Notes: generated by a model from the sequence alone, not told the origin. A stretch of DNA of 48,942 nt from Octopus bimaculoides (GCF_001194135.2 NC_068991.1:28319336-28368277); one strand, 5' to 3'. Shown: positions 23,300-36,607, counted from the stretch's first letter. A program made the numbers and translations.

Positions 23300-24740
23300 T
23301 AAAAAGTGCCAGTAGGAGGCCACAGTTATAGGCAGCAACTGGTAGAGGAATGGAGGTCGAAGCTTTGGAGGTGCGTGAAGTAAAAGTTGAACCGAAGAAG
23401 ATGAAAGAATGTGAGAAACTACTGAAAAAGGAGGGAAAGACGTTGAGATTGATGCCGCCTGAGGAGCTCACAAGAGGTGTAACCAAGAGAACAGTAATTT
23501 TTAAGACACTGAAGGTATCAAGCAGGAAGATCGAAATAGCAACGATCGAGGCTATCGAGGAATGCTTGAAGGAAATCAAGAAGCTGACCACGTTTATCAC
23601 AAAAGGAAGAAAGTATGGCACAGTGGAGGTGCGTTTCGCGACGGAGAACAGAGCGATTAAGCACTTCACGGAAGCCATAAGAACAGAAGAATGGATATTT
23701 ATACCGACGTACTGTGGCAAGCGTGTTGCTAGGGTGAGAGCTGGCAAAGTACCCTCAGAGATAAAGGAAACATAGCTGATGGCAGCCATAATGTTTAATA
23801 TGTAGGAGGAGGCCAAAATAATCAAGGCAACGGGAAATAAAAGGGAGAATTATAGGGGGGTATGGCATAGAGATGGCCATACAAGCGAGTTTAGAAAACC
23901 TTAATAGAATTGCAGAAGAAATAGTTCTGCCCGAGGATTTAAGGCTGAGTGTGGTGGTAGAGGGTAGGCCACCCATATGTTACGCATGTGGAGAAAAAGG
24001 CCACATGAAGGCGAGGTACCCCCAGAGAGAACAACAGATGAAACAAACTGAGAAGCAGGAGAGTGCAGACCAAGTAATACACGTCAAGAGAAGTGAAAGA
24101 GTAAGCTCTCTGCCAGAGAGGCAGCAAAAGAAGAAAGAAGTGGTAGAGAAAGAGGCTGTGAAGGAAGGAAAATGAAATGATGTTTGACAAGGAGATCGGA
24201 AAGGAGCTTGAAAAGGATCTCGAAGAGAAGTTGCAGAAGAAGGAGACAGCAGTAGAGACATCGGTTATACCAGTGGAGAAAAAGAATTTAGGAGAACAAC
24301 TGTATGAGGGTGAAATGGGGAGATTATTCAGAGTGGAGGAGGAAAAAGAAAAAGTCCCAGGAGTAGAGCAGAAAGGGGAAAACAAGTAAGAAAAGCGAAA
24401 TAATATCGATGGAATTTAGTGACATATACTAAAAATAAAGAAACTGGACGGAAAATAATGATATTTAAGTCCATTATAAGGGTAAAGCTGCCCACAGATG
24501 TGTATTTGGAGAACATGAAGGTCATTGTGGTCGACAAGAAGATGTACAACAAGCTGAAAGGTATGTGTGGAAGTGGAATTGATTCGCCAGGAGCAACGGT
24601 GGAATTTGATGAATTGCTACCAGTGGTAGAACTGAAAGATCTTGAACCTTTTATGAAATATTAAAAATGAAAAAAGTAAGTAAAATTGTTTTATTTAAAA
24701 AAAAGAAGAAAACGATGATAAGGAAACAAACAAAGGTAAA
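23300..24740 (+). mobile_element. Tx1-like ORF1 (gag-like, zinc knuckle) element with no ORF2, ending in an A-rich tail
   Basis: KYGTVEVRF...PTYCGKRVARVRAGKVP; VVVEGRPPICYACGEKGHM knuckle; E/K-rich C-terminal region; stop at 24664, then A-rich 24665-24740. Confidence 0.6.
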
Positions 24741-25079
24741 ATGAACGATTGTAAACAATGTATTTAAACGTTCAAATAGTACTGCATGGGAGTGGGGCCC
24801 ATGCAGCCATTTCATTTTCATTATTATATAACATCTTCATTTTCATCCGTTTTGTGTTTTTTTGTCCCCACTATGGTGTTCTGTCTGTCCTTGTGTGCCC
24901 TCTGTGTTATGGCCGTAGTGCCAAAATAAAGAAAAAGTATGTAGTAGGCGGTCAGAGAGATAGTCGTGTCTGGTTTTACTAAGTATACTGTATATCGAAG
25001 TGGGCGTTATAACAATCCACCATAATAAGGGTTATAACAAGATGATAAAATTTTCCACTATAACGTTAAAGAAATGACA

Positions 25080-25400
25080 GACGTACTGCAGAAACATTAT
25101 TAATCCCAATGATTTTGACGCAAGGGATCTGAACAAACTCAATTTCCAACATATTATCTCTGACTTAACTTTTACTGCCTCAGACATCATAGTAGCAATA
25201 AATGAAAACACATATTATTCTGCAGCAGGTCCCGATAGCTTCCCCGCTTGTGTCCTGAAAGAATGTAGACACCAACTTACAACCCCTCTAACCAACCTCT
25301 GAAGAAATTCTTTAGACTCAGGCTATATACCGAAACAGTCTATATCCCGGTTATCATAAAAGGAAAGAGGTCTCTTGCAAATTTTGAGTAATTTTAGCCA
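25080..25400 (+). mobile_element. CR1-group LINE fragment (RT N-terminal part)
   Basis: SAAGPDSFPACVLKECRHQLTTPL..SLDSGYIPKQ. Confidence 0.75.
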
Positions 25401-25950
25401 ATCAAAAGCCACAGACATATAGGTGCTTGTTTTCATAGTAACAAACCAAAGTGTTACCAAGCTGCTTACCCACGTGGTCATTTTTCGCTTATTAAATGCG
25501 TGAAACACATGCTTTATGAAGTGGTCATGAGATATGCTAAAAGTAATAGCTAAATAAGCCTTAAATCATGCACTTTTTTCTGAGTTTTTGCATAATTGTA
25601 TGAATTCCTATGTGTAAAATACAAATTCGCAAACATTTTCTGAAAATTCCAAAAAATGAATAAGTTATAAGGGATTATATGGCGTGCGTAAAGCAGAATT
25701 CCGCCAATATTTCATTTGTTTACAGTTGACAACACGTGCTGTCGCACACAAAATGACAGCTTCCAAATCCTGTTTTCTGACTGGGTAAAAATTATCAAAT
25801 TTCAAACCTCTGTAACTTTTTTTTTAATTCAGTTTCTCCTGAGAATTTTTAAGGTGAATTAGCCCCTGAGATTCAGCGTGGAAAATTACATCAATACACT
25901 AAATTTTAAGATTTTAACTAAACTTAAAAATTTCCACAGGTGCAGCCAAA
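25401..25950. other. Unclassified insertion interrupting a CR1-group LINE
   Basis: Non-LINE sequence separates two collinear RT fragments; no clear TIR or TSD identified. Confidence 0.4.
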
Positions 25951-26175
25951 TAGAAAAGATCCCTGGAGGGCCACAACTTCTAAATGCCAACCAGCATGGC
26001 TTTCGCTGCAGCAGGGATTGTCTAATACAGCTCTTACATCACGTCGGCTATGTCCTTAAAGCTTTGAAATCAGGCTCGAACTCTGATGTCATATATCTTC
26101 ACTTCAGCAGAGCGTTCGACAGAGTCGACTACAATATCCTCCTGTCAAAATTATCGAATATTGGATTCCCTGGAA
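25951..26175 (+). mobile_element. CR1-group LINE fragment (RT)
   Basis: NQHGFRCSRDCLIQLL...DVIYLHFSRAFDRVDYNILLSKL. Confidence 0.8.
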
Positions 26176-26435
26176 TGCAAAAAAAAATGGTCAAAACTGG
26201 TCTGGAAGGGTGGTGATGGGGCGAGGGATGAGAGCATGAAAAAACAAAATTTCAAAAAAATTTTTTTCATAAGCGGATACCCTCCATCATTTCCAAGGCC
26301 ATGATGAAAAATAAAACTGGGAAAATGCCCATCAAAATCCAACGTATGCGGGCGTCCTGTTCCGAAACTTCACGGTTAACTCTTTTGGATAGAAGCAGTT
26401 GAAGGTTGCTATAAACATAACAATCTCAACAATAC

Positions 26436-26520
26436 ATATGTATGTATGTACATACATACATACACATATGTATGTATATGCATATGTATGTACATACATA
26501 CATACATACATGCCTGCATG
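26436..26520. repeat. (TACA)n/(TATG)n microsatellite
   Basis: Directly visible. Confidence 0.85.
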
Positions 26521-26769
26521 TGTGTTAGTGAGGCGTGTAAAATTACAGCAATAATCCGGATCATACAGAGTTGTTCCCCTTGTATTAAGACTTACGATGT
26601 CTGTTCGACTTGGATTCCCTGCTAAAAATCTATTTTAAGGAGTGGAAAGGCATCTGCTAAAATGGAGCTTCTTTTTTGCAGAAACCATCCACATAACTGA
26701 ATCCGATTTTGTCAAGTTTTACCACTAAGGATCACCCAAATACATATACTTAGCTACATACATGTTTGT

Positions 26770-26774
26770 GTATG

Positions 26775-26851
<77 letters not shown>
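26770..26851. repeat. (TA)n(TG)n microsatellite
   Basis: Directly visible. Confidence 0.95.
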
Positions 26852-26854
<3 letters not shown>

Positions 26855-28744
26855 TACACTATATTACCCACCTTATGCCTCAAATCATGATGGAAAATTT
26901 GAAGAAATCTTCAGTGCGATAAAAGAAGTACTAACACAATTGGATCAACGTACTGCTATATTCCTGACGGGTGACTTCAACTTCCACAACATCAGGTGGA
27001 CTGAGGGCAACATAACCCCAGGAATGACGCACACAGAGTGAAATCAAGCAGAATCTCTACTTGATCTTACGAAAATGCTATTCATGGAGCAGATCATACT
27101 CTCTCCAACCAGGTACAAAAATATCCTGGACCTTTGTTTTACAAACAGTGTGGGAATTATCCACAACGTAAATATATCACCGACAATATTCTCAGACCAT
27201 AGCATGATAGAATTGACAATGTCTGGCCCGGAATTAACTAAACATAAACTCCGCACAGATGGCACTCAGACCCTATCCAGCTTAAATTTCTATAAAGCTG
27301 ACTGGAAGTCACTTGAAAAACAGATACTCCAGCATGGCTGGCCTAAAAGCCTCTCCAAGACATAGATGTGAAACTCAATAAATTCATGTCAATAATGTGA
27401 GCCATATGCAATGTCCCAGAGAAGAGAGCCAATGCACAAAAAAAAGTCATTCCCCGAGGCAAGAAGAATGTTCATGCAACGGAGAATAAAGATCTCGAAT
27501 CGTTTAAATAAACACCTCAATGACAGTGTGAAATCCCACCTGACAGAGGAACTCTTCGAGATTGAAAATAAACTCAAACTCACCCATGAAAAAGAAAGAG
27601 AAGAAAGAGAAACCTGGGCAGTCGAAAACGTAAAAAGAAATCCTAAAGCCTTCTACACGTTGGCAAAGGAGTCTGCTTCGGTACGCTATAAGATAGGGCC
27701 ACTATTTGGTAAAAATGGCTCACTAACTGCAGACCCGGGGAAGATACGTGAAGCACTAAATAAACAATTCTGAAGCGTTTTCATTTCTCCAATGAAAAAT
27801 ATGCAAATAAACAAGCCTGAGGAGTTTTTCAATGTAATGAATCTATTTGGAAAAGAGGTAGCCATCGCTTACATCAACATAACAGAAGAGGATGTAATAT
27901 CGGCCATTGATGAGATGAGTTCAAACTCAGCTGTTCTCGGCTGTTCTCTTAAAGACGTGTAAAAAGGCTCTTGTAAAGCCACTGCATATAATATTCTTTC
28001 AGAGTTTCCTTGCATATGGTAAACTTCCCAACATGCTAAAAGAGGGTATAAAATACCCTGTCCATAAAGGAGGGAGCAGAGCAGATGCTAAAAACTACAG
28101 GCCCATCTCTCTGGCCTCACATATTGGCAAGACAATGGAACGCATTGTCAGAAAAAGGCTGATCACGTTCCTAGAAGAAAACAACCTTCTCACAAACACG
28201 CAACATGAATTCCGTCCAGGAGGAGCTGCCTAACACAGTTGCTGCAGCACTTTGACTGGGTACTGAAGCAACAGCTAAACTTGTCAGCTGTAGACGTGAT
28301 GTACCTTGACTTTGCCAGGGCCTTCGACAAGGTTGATCATGGCATGATATGTCACAAGCTGTGAAACCTTGGTATTACTGGGAAACTGGGAGAGTGGTTG
28401 CATGATTTTCTGAAGGGCAAGAGTCAGACAGTTGTAGTCAATGGTGCTCACTCTGAAGAGACACCAATTTCAGTGGAGTTTCACAGAAGACTGTACTGGG
28501 GCCATTACTATTTGTAGTGGCCCTCTCAGACATGCCTTCCGCGGTACAGTCAGCGAATCTGACCAGTTATGCTGAAGACACAAAAGTATCGCAGGCAGTT
28601 AGGAACCCAGAGGACATCATAAAACTGTAAAAAGACATGAATGAAATATACAAATGGGCTAACAAAAATAACATGCAGTTCAATGCTATGAAATTTTAGG
28701 CACTCCGCTATAGGCCCAGCACCAGACTAAAATCGGAATACACT
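26852..28744 (+). mobile_element. CR1-group LINE pseudogene (APE and RT), truncated at both ends
   Basis: LYYPP, TGDFN, PTRYKNILDLCFT, FSDH, NYRPISLASHIGKTMERI, YLDFARAFDKVDH, LGPLLF, YAEDTK (altered YADD). Confidence 0.92.
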
Positions 28745-28906
28745 TGTAGTGGAAAAAGGTGTAGCACAAGATGTTGAAATAGCAGATGAAATAGTCATGT
28801 GGACGACTTCAGAGTAAAACAATGGAAAAACATCCGTTTGTAATTTAAATAATTTATTTAAACGACACCTGCATTTACTTGTTGTATACACAAATATTTC
28901 ACTACA
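28745..28906. mobile_element. Short TGTAGTG...CACTACA-bounded LTR-like segment, followed by unclassified sequence to ~29920
   Basis: 7-bp inverted termini exactly where the CR1 LINE stops; no TSD seen. Confidence 0.35.
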
Positions 28907-30775
28907 TCACATCATTACCAACTGCTTCGAGCTAGCGAAGAAATTAACAGGGTACATACTGTGGATATGATAGGGTAGAACCGGACATGTTTTGTGTTTG
29001 TGTGTGCGTTGGTCATTCAGTGGTGTCTGTTTATGTTCTGCAACTGCGATTGTCGTTCATGTTGAATATCGGCTTCCCTGTTGTCAGTTTCACTGGCGCT
29101 CTCCGTCTGTCTCTAACTCTTCTCTCACCGACCGTCTGTCTCTGAATCTGATTTTCTGTCCCTTGGCGAATTGCTATGGCAGCTAGAAGGACAGACATAC
29201 CATAGGAGAAATTCCTACCTTAATAGGCCACCTCCTGTCCACTTGAACCTTAAATGACACGGCTGAGGTTGAGGGTCGAAGGGAAATAATCCATCATCTT
29301 TTGACAGAATAAAGAAATTTCTTTCGTGCCTGTTTGGTCAGAGGTGGATCAGACGAGCGAGAATCTTTAGATTCGGTTTCAAATCTCAGCTCGGAAAAAT
29401 GTAGTGAGAAAGCCACAGAGATCGACCGATACAGATCTGTGTGATATTGAAAATGTGTGATTTTGTGTGTAATGCAGAAAAATGTATACAGTGTAATTTA
29501 CAGACAAATGTATACATGTCAAAAGCATGGGCAGTAAAAGAAGTAAAAATATAAAAATATAAAGCAAATTAACGCTCAGCGTTGGTGTGTGCAATATATG
29601 TTAGGCAATGTGTTTATGCCTAGGCACAAGCATAATGTAATATGCTGGCGCGTTGAAAGAGATATACAACTCTATTGATTGCACAAACCACTAGAGGTCT
29701 AATAGAGGTAAGGTGTCTTTCAGTGGCGCAGGGATCAATTGGTAGCACACATGAGAATATGAGTGTTGCAACTGTGTGTATGTATACAGGTGGAATGTAG
29801 AGAGCAAAACATTTTTAAAAGGAACCAAAACATATGCTCATACAAGGAAATGTAATTTTACAGAAAAATGAAAAATGTTCGTGAGAAAAGTTCGTTTCTG
29901 AAATGTTCAGTCGGTTGAATTAGCAGAACAAAAAAAAAACCAGAGAGACAGAAGAATTAGGAGAGACGAGAAAAAATGCGGCGTACGTACACTTTGGTCT
30001 CTTATATATANNNNNNNNNNNNNNNNNNNNNNNNNNNNNNNNNNNNNNNNNNNNNNNNNNNNNNNNNNNNNNNNNNNNNNNNNNNNNNNNNNNNNNNNNN
30101 NNNNNNNNNNNNNNNNNNNNNNNNNNNNNNNNNNNNNNNNNNNNNNNNNNNNNNNNNNNNNNNNNNNNNNNNNNNNNNNNNNNNNNNNNNNNNNNNNNNN
30201 NNNNNNNNNNNNNNNNNNNNNNNNNNNNNNNNNNNNNNNNNNNNNNNNNNNNNNNNNNNNNNNNNNNNNNNNNNNNNNNNNNNNNNNNNNNNNNNNNNNN
30301 NNNNNNNNNNNNNNNNNNNNNNNNNNNNNNNNNNNNNNNNNNNNNNNNNNNNNNNNNNNNNNNNNNNNNNNNNNNNNNNNNNNNNNNNNNNNNNNNNNNN
30401 NNNNNNNNNNNNNNNNNNNNNNNNNNNNNNNNNNNNNNNNNNNNNNNNNNNNNNNNNNNNNNNNNNNNNNNNNNNNNNNNNNNNNNNNNNNNNNNNNNNN
30501 NNNNNNNNNNNNNNNNNNNNNNNNNNNNNNNNNNNNNNNNNNNNNNNNNNNNNNNNNNNNNNNNNNNNNNNNNNNNNNNNNNNNNNNNNNNNNNNNNNNN
30601 NNNNNNNNNNNNNNNNNNNNNNNNNNNNNNNNNNNNNNNNNNNNNNNNNNNNNNNNNNNNNNNNNNNNNNNNNNNNNNNNNNNNNNNNNNNNNNNNNNNN
30701 NNNNNNNNNNNNNNNNNNNNNNNNNNNNNNNNNNNNNNNNNNNNNNNNNNNNNNNNNNNNNNNNNNNNNNNNNNN

Positions 30776-32249
30776 CAACCTCCTCTACACGATACTGTCG
30801 ACGAATTCATTTTAAAACAAGAACAAATTAGTAAAGATTTAAACACTATGTACTACACTAAAGTCGGTATTCACAAACAAACCGAATAACAGCCAACGCA
30901 CACCAAATGAAACACACCAGGACGCCATACTTACACAAGTCAATTTAACAAAAAGAAAAATAGAGAACATTTGGAATACAAACTTTCATAATAGAAAACT
31001 CGCTTACTGAAACATGATAAAAAATTCCAACAAATCAGATATCTACGAGGGGTGGATGAACTCAACACCAATTATTCTCCCACGCAAATTCCAGATCAAA
31101 ACAGTACCAAATTAACCTGACTGACAGAGGACTATTAGGGAAAGGCTAGCACTATTCCATCTAAAATCAGAGACTGAACTACTAAGACTTAGAGCCTCCA
31201 CTAATGAAGAAAAATATAAAAACATCGACGAAGAGATGCACAGGGAAATAAACAAACAAACCGAGGGACAACCCCTCCAAAATACCATAAATTTTTGGAA
31301 AGAAGTCTGTGAAAAGGAAGAAAGAAACTCGCCTACGCTGGGAAAAAAGCAATGATTTCTTCCAAAGATATGAATCAACTTTTAAAAAAGAACGCCAAAC
31401 AATATCTACTATTTGATTCATGCCACCCAAGACACACCAAATCAAACATCCCTTCAATCTTGCAAGAAGGATATGCACAATAGTGTCAGAACAAAATACC
31501 AGAGACTTTAGACTACAAGAACTCAAAAACACACTAATTGACAGACACTACCCAGTTCAACTCATAGAGGATGGAATCAGACATGCATCACAAATCGACA
31601 TAGAAAGCTTAAGAAAAGTTAAACACAGCAACACACCTTCCCCGAAAATACTGCCGTACATATCCACATGCAACCCCAGAAACAAAGAAGCCTTCACCAT
31701 CATCACCCAAAACATACCAATGCTACATAAGGACCCCAAATTAAAGGAAATCTTACACACACAAAATCATTAAAAGCTACAAACAACCAAAATCACTAAA
31801 AAAAGATCCTCACAAAGGCAAAATTATTTTCCAAAATAACAGATGCAAAAGTGAAAACATGTGGCCGACCAAATTGCTCAACATGCACAAACTTTCTAGA
31901 AGGTTCAGAATTCCTTTTCAAAGAAGGACAAAAATTCAAAATTAAATCTGACTTTACCTGTGCCTCAGAAAACCTTATTTATGTCATAAGATGCTCGGGT
32001 TGCCACGAAAACTACATAGGGTCCACGGGATTATCGTTCAGATGCACTCTGCATCGACAGCAGATTGCATTCCCAGAATACAAAATGATACCCTTTAGTG
32101 AACATATTGAGAAATGCGCAAAACAAATGCTACCACAATTTATAATCTTTCCATTCTATCAATGTGCCATTGGAACACCAACACAAATTAGATTAAATAA
32201 GGAAACCTTCTTCATTGAAAAATATAAGACCAAACTTAACCATTGCTAA
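30776..32249 (+). mobile_element. Penelope-like element: N-terminal region, RT thumb and GIY-YIG endonuclease; RT core apparently deleted
   Basis: QYLLFDSCHPRHTKSNIPFNLARRICTIV; TCGRPNCSTC; FTCASENLIYVIRCSGCHENYIGSTG; RLNKETFFI. Confidence 0.85.
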
Positions 32250-32869
32250 CACTTTTAAATAAGGAAATTCACCTCACTGAGAGTAAAAAATATAGAACAA
32301 AACCTAACATTCTATTCCTTCTAAACCAAATCATGTTAAATTAATCAAAATCTATCATCTCCAACATTTCAATTATCTCCCTTATACCGGAAAAAAATCC
32401 CTGATTACCTCCCCCTATCTAGAACTCCNNNNNNNNNNNNNNNNNNNNNNNNNNNNNNNNNNNNNNNNNNNNNNNNNNNNNNNNNNNNNNNNNNNNNNNN
32501 NNNNNNNNNNNNNNNNNNNNNNNNNNNNNNNNNNNNNNNNNNNNNNNNNNNNNNNNNNNNNNNNNNNNNNNNNNNNNNNNNNNNNNNNNNNNNNNNNNNN
32601 NNNNNNNNNNNNNNNNNNNNNNNNNNNNNNNNNNNNNNNNNNNNNNNNNNNNNNNNNNNNNNNNNNNNNNNNNNNNNNNNNNNNNNNNNNNNNNNNNNNN
32701 NNNNNNNNNNNNNNNNNNNNNNNNNNNNNNNNNNNNNNNNNNNNNNNNNNNNNNNNNNNNNNNNNNNTATATACATACATACATACACACATATATGTAT
32801 GCTTATGTGTATGTAGATATGTATGTGTATAATTACACATTACATAAGAATCATATATTGTTATACATT

Positions 32870-33420
32870 CATCAAACAATCACACATTCATTAATCATTA
32901 TGCAGTGATCATATGTTGATTGATCACTCATTGCTCATGAATCTCATTTTAATAAAACATTTTACACAGTGTTCATTAATTATATATTCATTAGATATTA
33001 CTTATACAGTCATTTCACATTAATCTACATTCATTACACATTAATCATAAACTCATTATACATTAATCAGTCATTGTCTACTCCATCATTACACATGAAT
33101 CATTTATTCATTAACCATTTTTACACATCCATAGTACATCACTCACATATTCATTCATACATTACACATCGATCATACATTCATTTATTTTTCATTTCAC
33201 ATACTATAAGCTGTAATCGGATATTCATCTTACATTATTTACATATTTATTGCATGTTACTCATGCATTCACACTCATGAAGCACCCATTCATTGGACAT
33301 TCATCATATATTAATCACATTGTATTCATGCATTCATTACACATTAATCACCCATTGATTATTCATTACTCAAAAATTCATATATATTAATGACACATTC
33401 ATCATCTTAATCATTTTTAC
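32870..33420. repeat. Degenerate CATT/ATT-rich low-complexity tract
   Basis: Recurrent CATTCA/TTACACATT words, strongly G-depleted on the + strand. Confidence 0.65.
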
Positions 33421-34299
33421 ATCCATTTTTCCAGGTTTTCCTGTGTTAGATGAGTCTTCTCCCACGTGTTGCATTCCCTTATCTCCTTCATAAGGTTCAA
33501 AATATTGTGATCATCTTCCGTTTGTTCCTTTGGGACTTCTTTACCCAATTATTACCCTCCATACACATCACATGATCACACTAATGCAATCCCCTGTTTT
33601 GTACACTTCATCTCATTTCTCTTATGCTCAGTTTTTCTCTCAACTCTTCTGCACACTAACATTACACAACCAGCAAGGCATGTTTGCCTCATTTCTTTCA
33701 AGTTTCTGCACATTTTCCATGTTCAGTTGGCATGGAACATAATACTTCATACACAAAAATCATACAGTCTGCCCTCTGAGGAAAGATTCTATTGTTGCCA
33801 GCAGAGGTAATAACTCCCTAAACTTGTTCCACCTCTTCTTACTCAGGATATTATACATTTGTGGTATCTAGCTCCACTGGTAGTCAGGTTATCATGGAAA
33901 CAGAAGCTGTCAATGACAAGGCTAAGAGATACTACGCCATCCCATAGGAGCATTTTGTACTAAATACATATGTAATAAGTAGATGTAAAAGGAAATGTAA
34001 TCACAGATGTAATAAGGAGAGTTGAGTCCCTGCATTTAATATACAAGAACTCCCTCTTGTGGTGTATAAAATCTTAGAACAACAAACAAGAGATATAACT
34101 CTAATGTTGTCATCCAAGCAGAATGCTTGGAAACTAGAGATAATGTACATAGGATTGATTGTTATTTTTAGTATCAACTGGTAAAGGATTTTCCATCAGA
34201 ACCTATCAATTACTACTATGGAGCTTTCTGAGCATCTGAAAGAATTTATTTCATTGCTGCTTTTATTGTTAACTATTGCCTGTGCATCTGCCACATATA

Positions 34300-35949
34300 C
34301 AGTGCCTTGCAAAAGTCTACACCCCTTTTGAAAATTTATATATTTTGTATAATTTAACAGAGAACAATACATTTTTTCAATTCCGATGATTGTTAAATAA
34401 TAAGCAGATCCATCACACTTGCCTTTGATATAGAAATTACATTTTAAAAATTTCACACTGATTCTTAAAATCATATAACTTAGAGAAATGTCTTTGCAAA
34501 AGTCTACATCCACTTTGGAATGTCTTCAGCTAATACTTTGTGGATGATCCTGCTGCATCAATTACAGCCTGCAGACACCTCAGGTAGCCTTCCACAAGCT
34601 TGCTGCAGTGATCTACAGACAGTTTTCCCCATTCTTCATGGCAGAACTTCTCGGGCTGTGTCAGATTAGATGGGGAACATTGGTGCACAGCCAGCTTTAG
34701 ATCTCGCCATAGATTTTCTATAAGATTGAGGTCTGGAGACTGGCTGGGCCACTCAAAAACTGTAATTTTCTTGCTAGCAAACCAAGCTTTAGTGCTTTTT
34801 GACACATGCTTGGGGTTGTTATCTTGTTGAAACTTGAAATTGCGACCCAAGCGCAAAGCTCTAGCAGTCTACAGCAGGTTTGCCTCCAATATTTCTTGGT
34901 ACTTGTCACTATCCCTCATACCTTGGATGAGCCCCAAAGCATGATCGAGCCACCACCATGCTTTACAGTGGGGATGGTGTAACAAAGTTGGTGAGCAGTG
35001 CCTTTTTCCGCCAAACATAGCATTTCATATTTTTTCCAAATAGCTCGACTTTGGTCTCATCTGACCATGAAATCTTTCACCACATGGTCATGGAATCATT
35101 AATGTGACTTTTGGCAAAGTTTAGCCTATCTTGCTTGTGTATAGGCTTCAGAAGGGGCTTTTTCTAGCTACCCTCCCTTGCAGGCCAGACCGCTGCAAGA
35201 CTCTGGATGCATTGTAGATGCATGGACATCTGTCCCAGTACTGGAAACTGAGGCTTTCAAGTCTTCCAGTGTTGCACTAGGCTGGAGGTTGCCTCCAGGA
35301 CCAGTTTTGACTTTGCTCTTCTGGTAAGTTTGCTCAGTCTCCTAGATCTTGGTAGGGGAGCAGTGGTTTTGTGCACTAACCACTTCTTAACTACAGTTTT
35401 AACAGTGCTTAGGGGCAATTCTAAAGTTTTTGCAATCTTTTTATAGCCATTATTTTCATTGTACTTTTGAATAATAAGGTTTTTAAGTTCCTGAGACAGA
35501 GGCTTGCCCATTTTCTTTCCTGAGTTGGACAACTTGTGTTTACAGTCACAGTCCAAAGACCAACATACCAAAAAACCATGTGGTGAATGATTTTGTAGGC
35601 AGTTAAATCACCTTATATAGCAAAATAATAGACTGGCCAAGTTTGTTTGTTATGGTAGAATGCACATGTCACTTTTAATTGTTTTGGATTGTATACATCA
35701 ATGACAAACTACCTGATAACACAGTATAATATCTGGAGAGTGTAGACTTTGGCAAAGACATTTTTCTAAGTTATATGATTTTAAGAATCAGTGTGAAAGT
35801 TTTAAAATGTAATTTTTATATCAAAGGAAAGTGTGATGGATCTGTTTGTTATTTAACAATCATTGGAATAGAAAAAATGTGTTGTTCCCTGTTAAATTAT
35901 ACAAATTACATAAATTTTCAAAGTGGGTGTAGACTTTTGCAAGGCACTG
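34300..35949 (-). mobile_element. Full-length Tc1 (DD34E) transposon with 209-bp IR/DR-type TIRs and TA duplication
   Basis: TA|CAGTGCCTTGCAAAAGT at 34298 and ACTTTTGCAAGGCACTG|TA at 35949; TIRs 34300-34508 and 35741-35949, each with inner and outer TTGCAAAAGTCTACA-type repeats. Confidence 0.95.
34530..35511 (-). pseudogene. Tc1 transposase, frameshifted
   Basis: MGKPLSQELKNLII..GYKKIAKTLELPLSTVKTVVKKW (paired-like HTH); FQQDNNPKH...WPSQSPDLNLIENLW with 34 residues between D and E. Confidence 0.92.
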
Positions 35950-36607
35950 TAAAGTCTTCCTTCTCTAACAGATTTTCTGTTAACCCACAACACTCCTTGT
36001 GCATCCATTGGATAACCGGTATCAAAGAATGCCATTTCCCAGATGGCAGTAAAATCCTGCTTTCTTCCCAGTTAACTGAAAATTTAGGCTTTGCTAGGTG
36101 TATTTTGAAGCTGTTCAAATTCTGGTTTTGCTTCCACATTTAGAATTTCTTCTTTAAATCTTCAATAGCTTCTGCTATGAAAACAGGGTTATTAGCATGC
36201 AGGAGTTACCATAACCTGAAGAGCTTTAATAAACACATTGATTACACAATCATCAGGTATTCATTAGGCATTAATCCAGAGTCAGCTAAGAGTACCAACA
36301 ACCTGGACAGTCACTCAGAGAACCATGTGCTAGGGGTCATCTTATCTTGTGTTTGGAATCCTAAAATTACAAATTTAAAAGGGAGAAAAAATAAATTAAA
36401 AAGAAAATTTAAAATGTGAAAATTCCTTGAGGGAAATCAAATGTATTTTAAAATGTTGAACTGATAATCTTAACAGATGTAATCTCTTCAATGAACTGAA
36501 TGTTATTAAAGAATTATTTCCTGAAGATATAAAGTTTCTAAAAGAAGTCATTAGACTTAGCATCAGTAATGCCATGTCAAATCTGTGGTTACATAAAGAA
36601 TAATTCT

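Larger units (their letters stand above)
33430..36340 (-). mobile_element. Decayed RTE(-X-like) LINE interrupted by Tc1
   Basis: W*LLHANNPVFIAE (decayed ELLYADDLVLIAE) at ~36200; LPSGKW...WMHKECCG...EKEDF|ICGRCTG across the Tc1 site; VIDSF-like and 3' remnants to 33430. Confidence 0.65.

Noticed and set aside
24782-24806. 9-bp stem hairpin CTGCATGGG/CCCATGCAG
   Set aside because: Short enough to arise by chance; no supporting context.
29720-29752. TGGCGCAG as primer-binding site or tRNA fragment
   Set aside because: Not adjacent to a defined LTR end and too short to be significant.
32969-33280. His/Ile-rich 103-aa ORF
   Set aside because: Product of the CATT-rich low-complexity tract.
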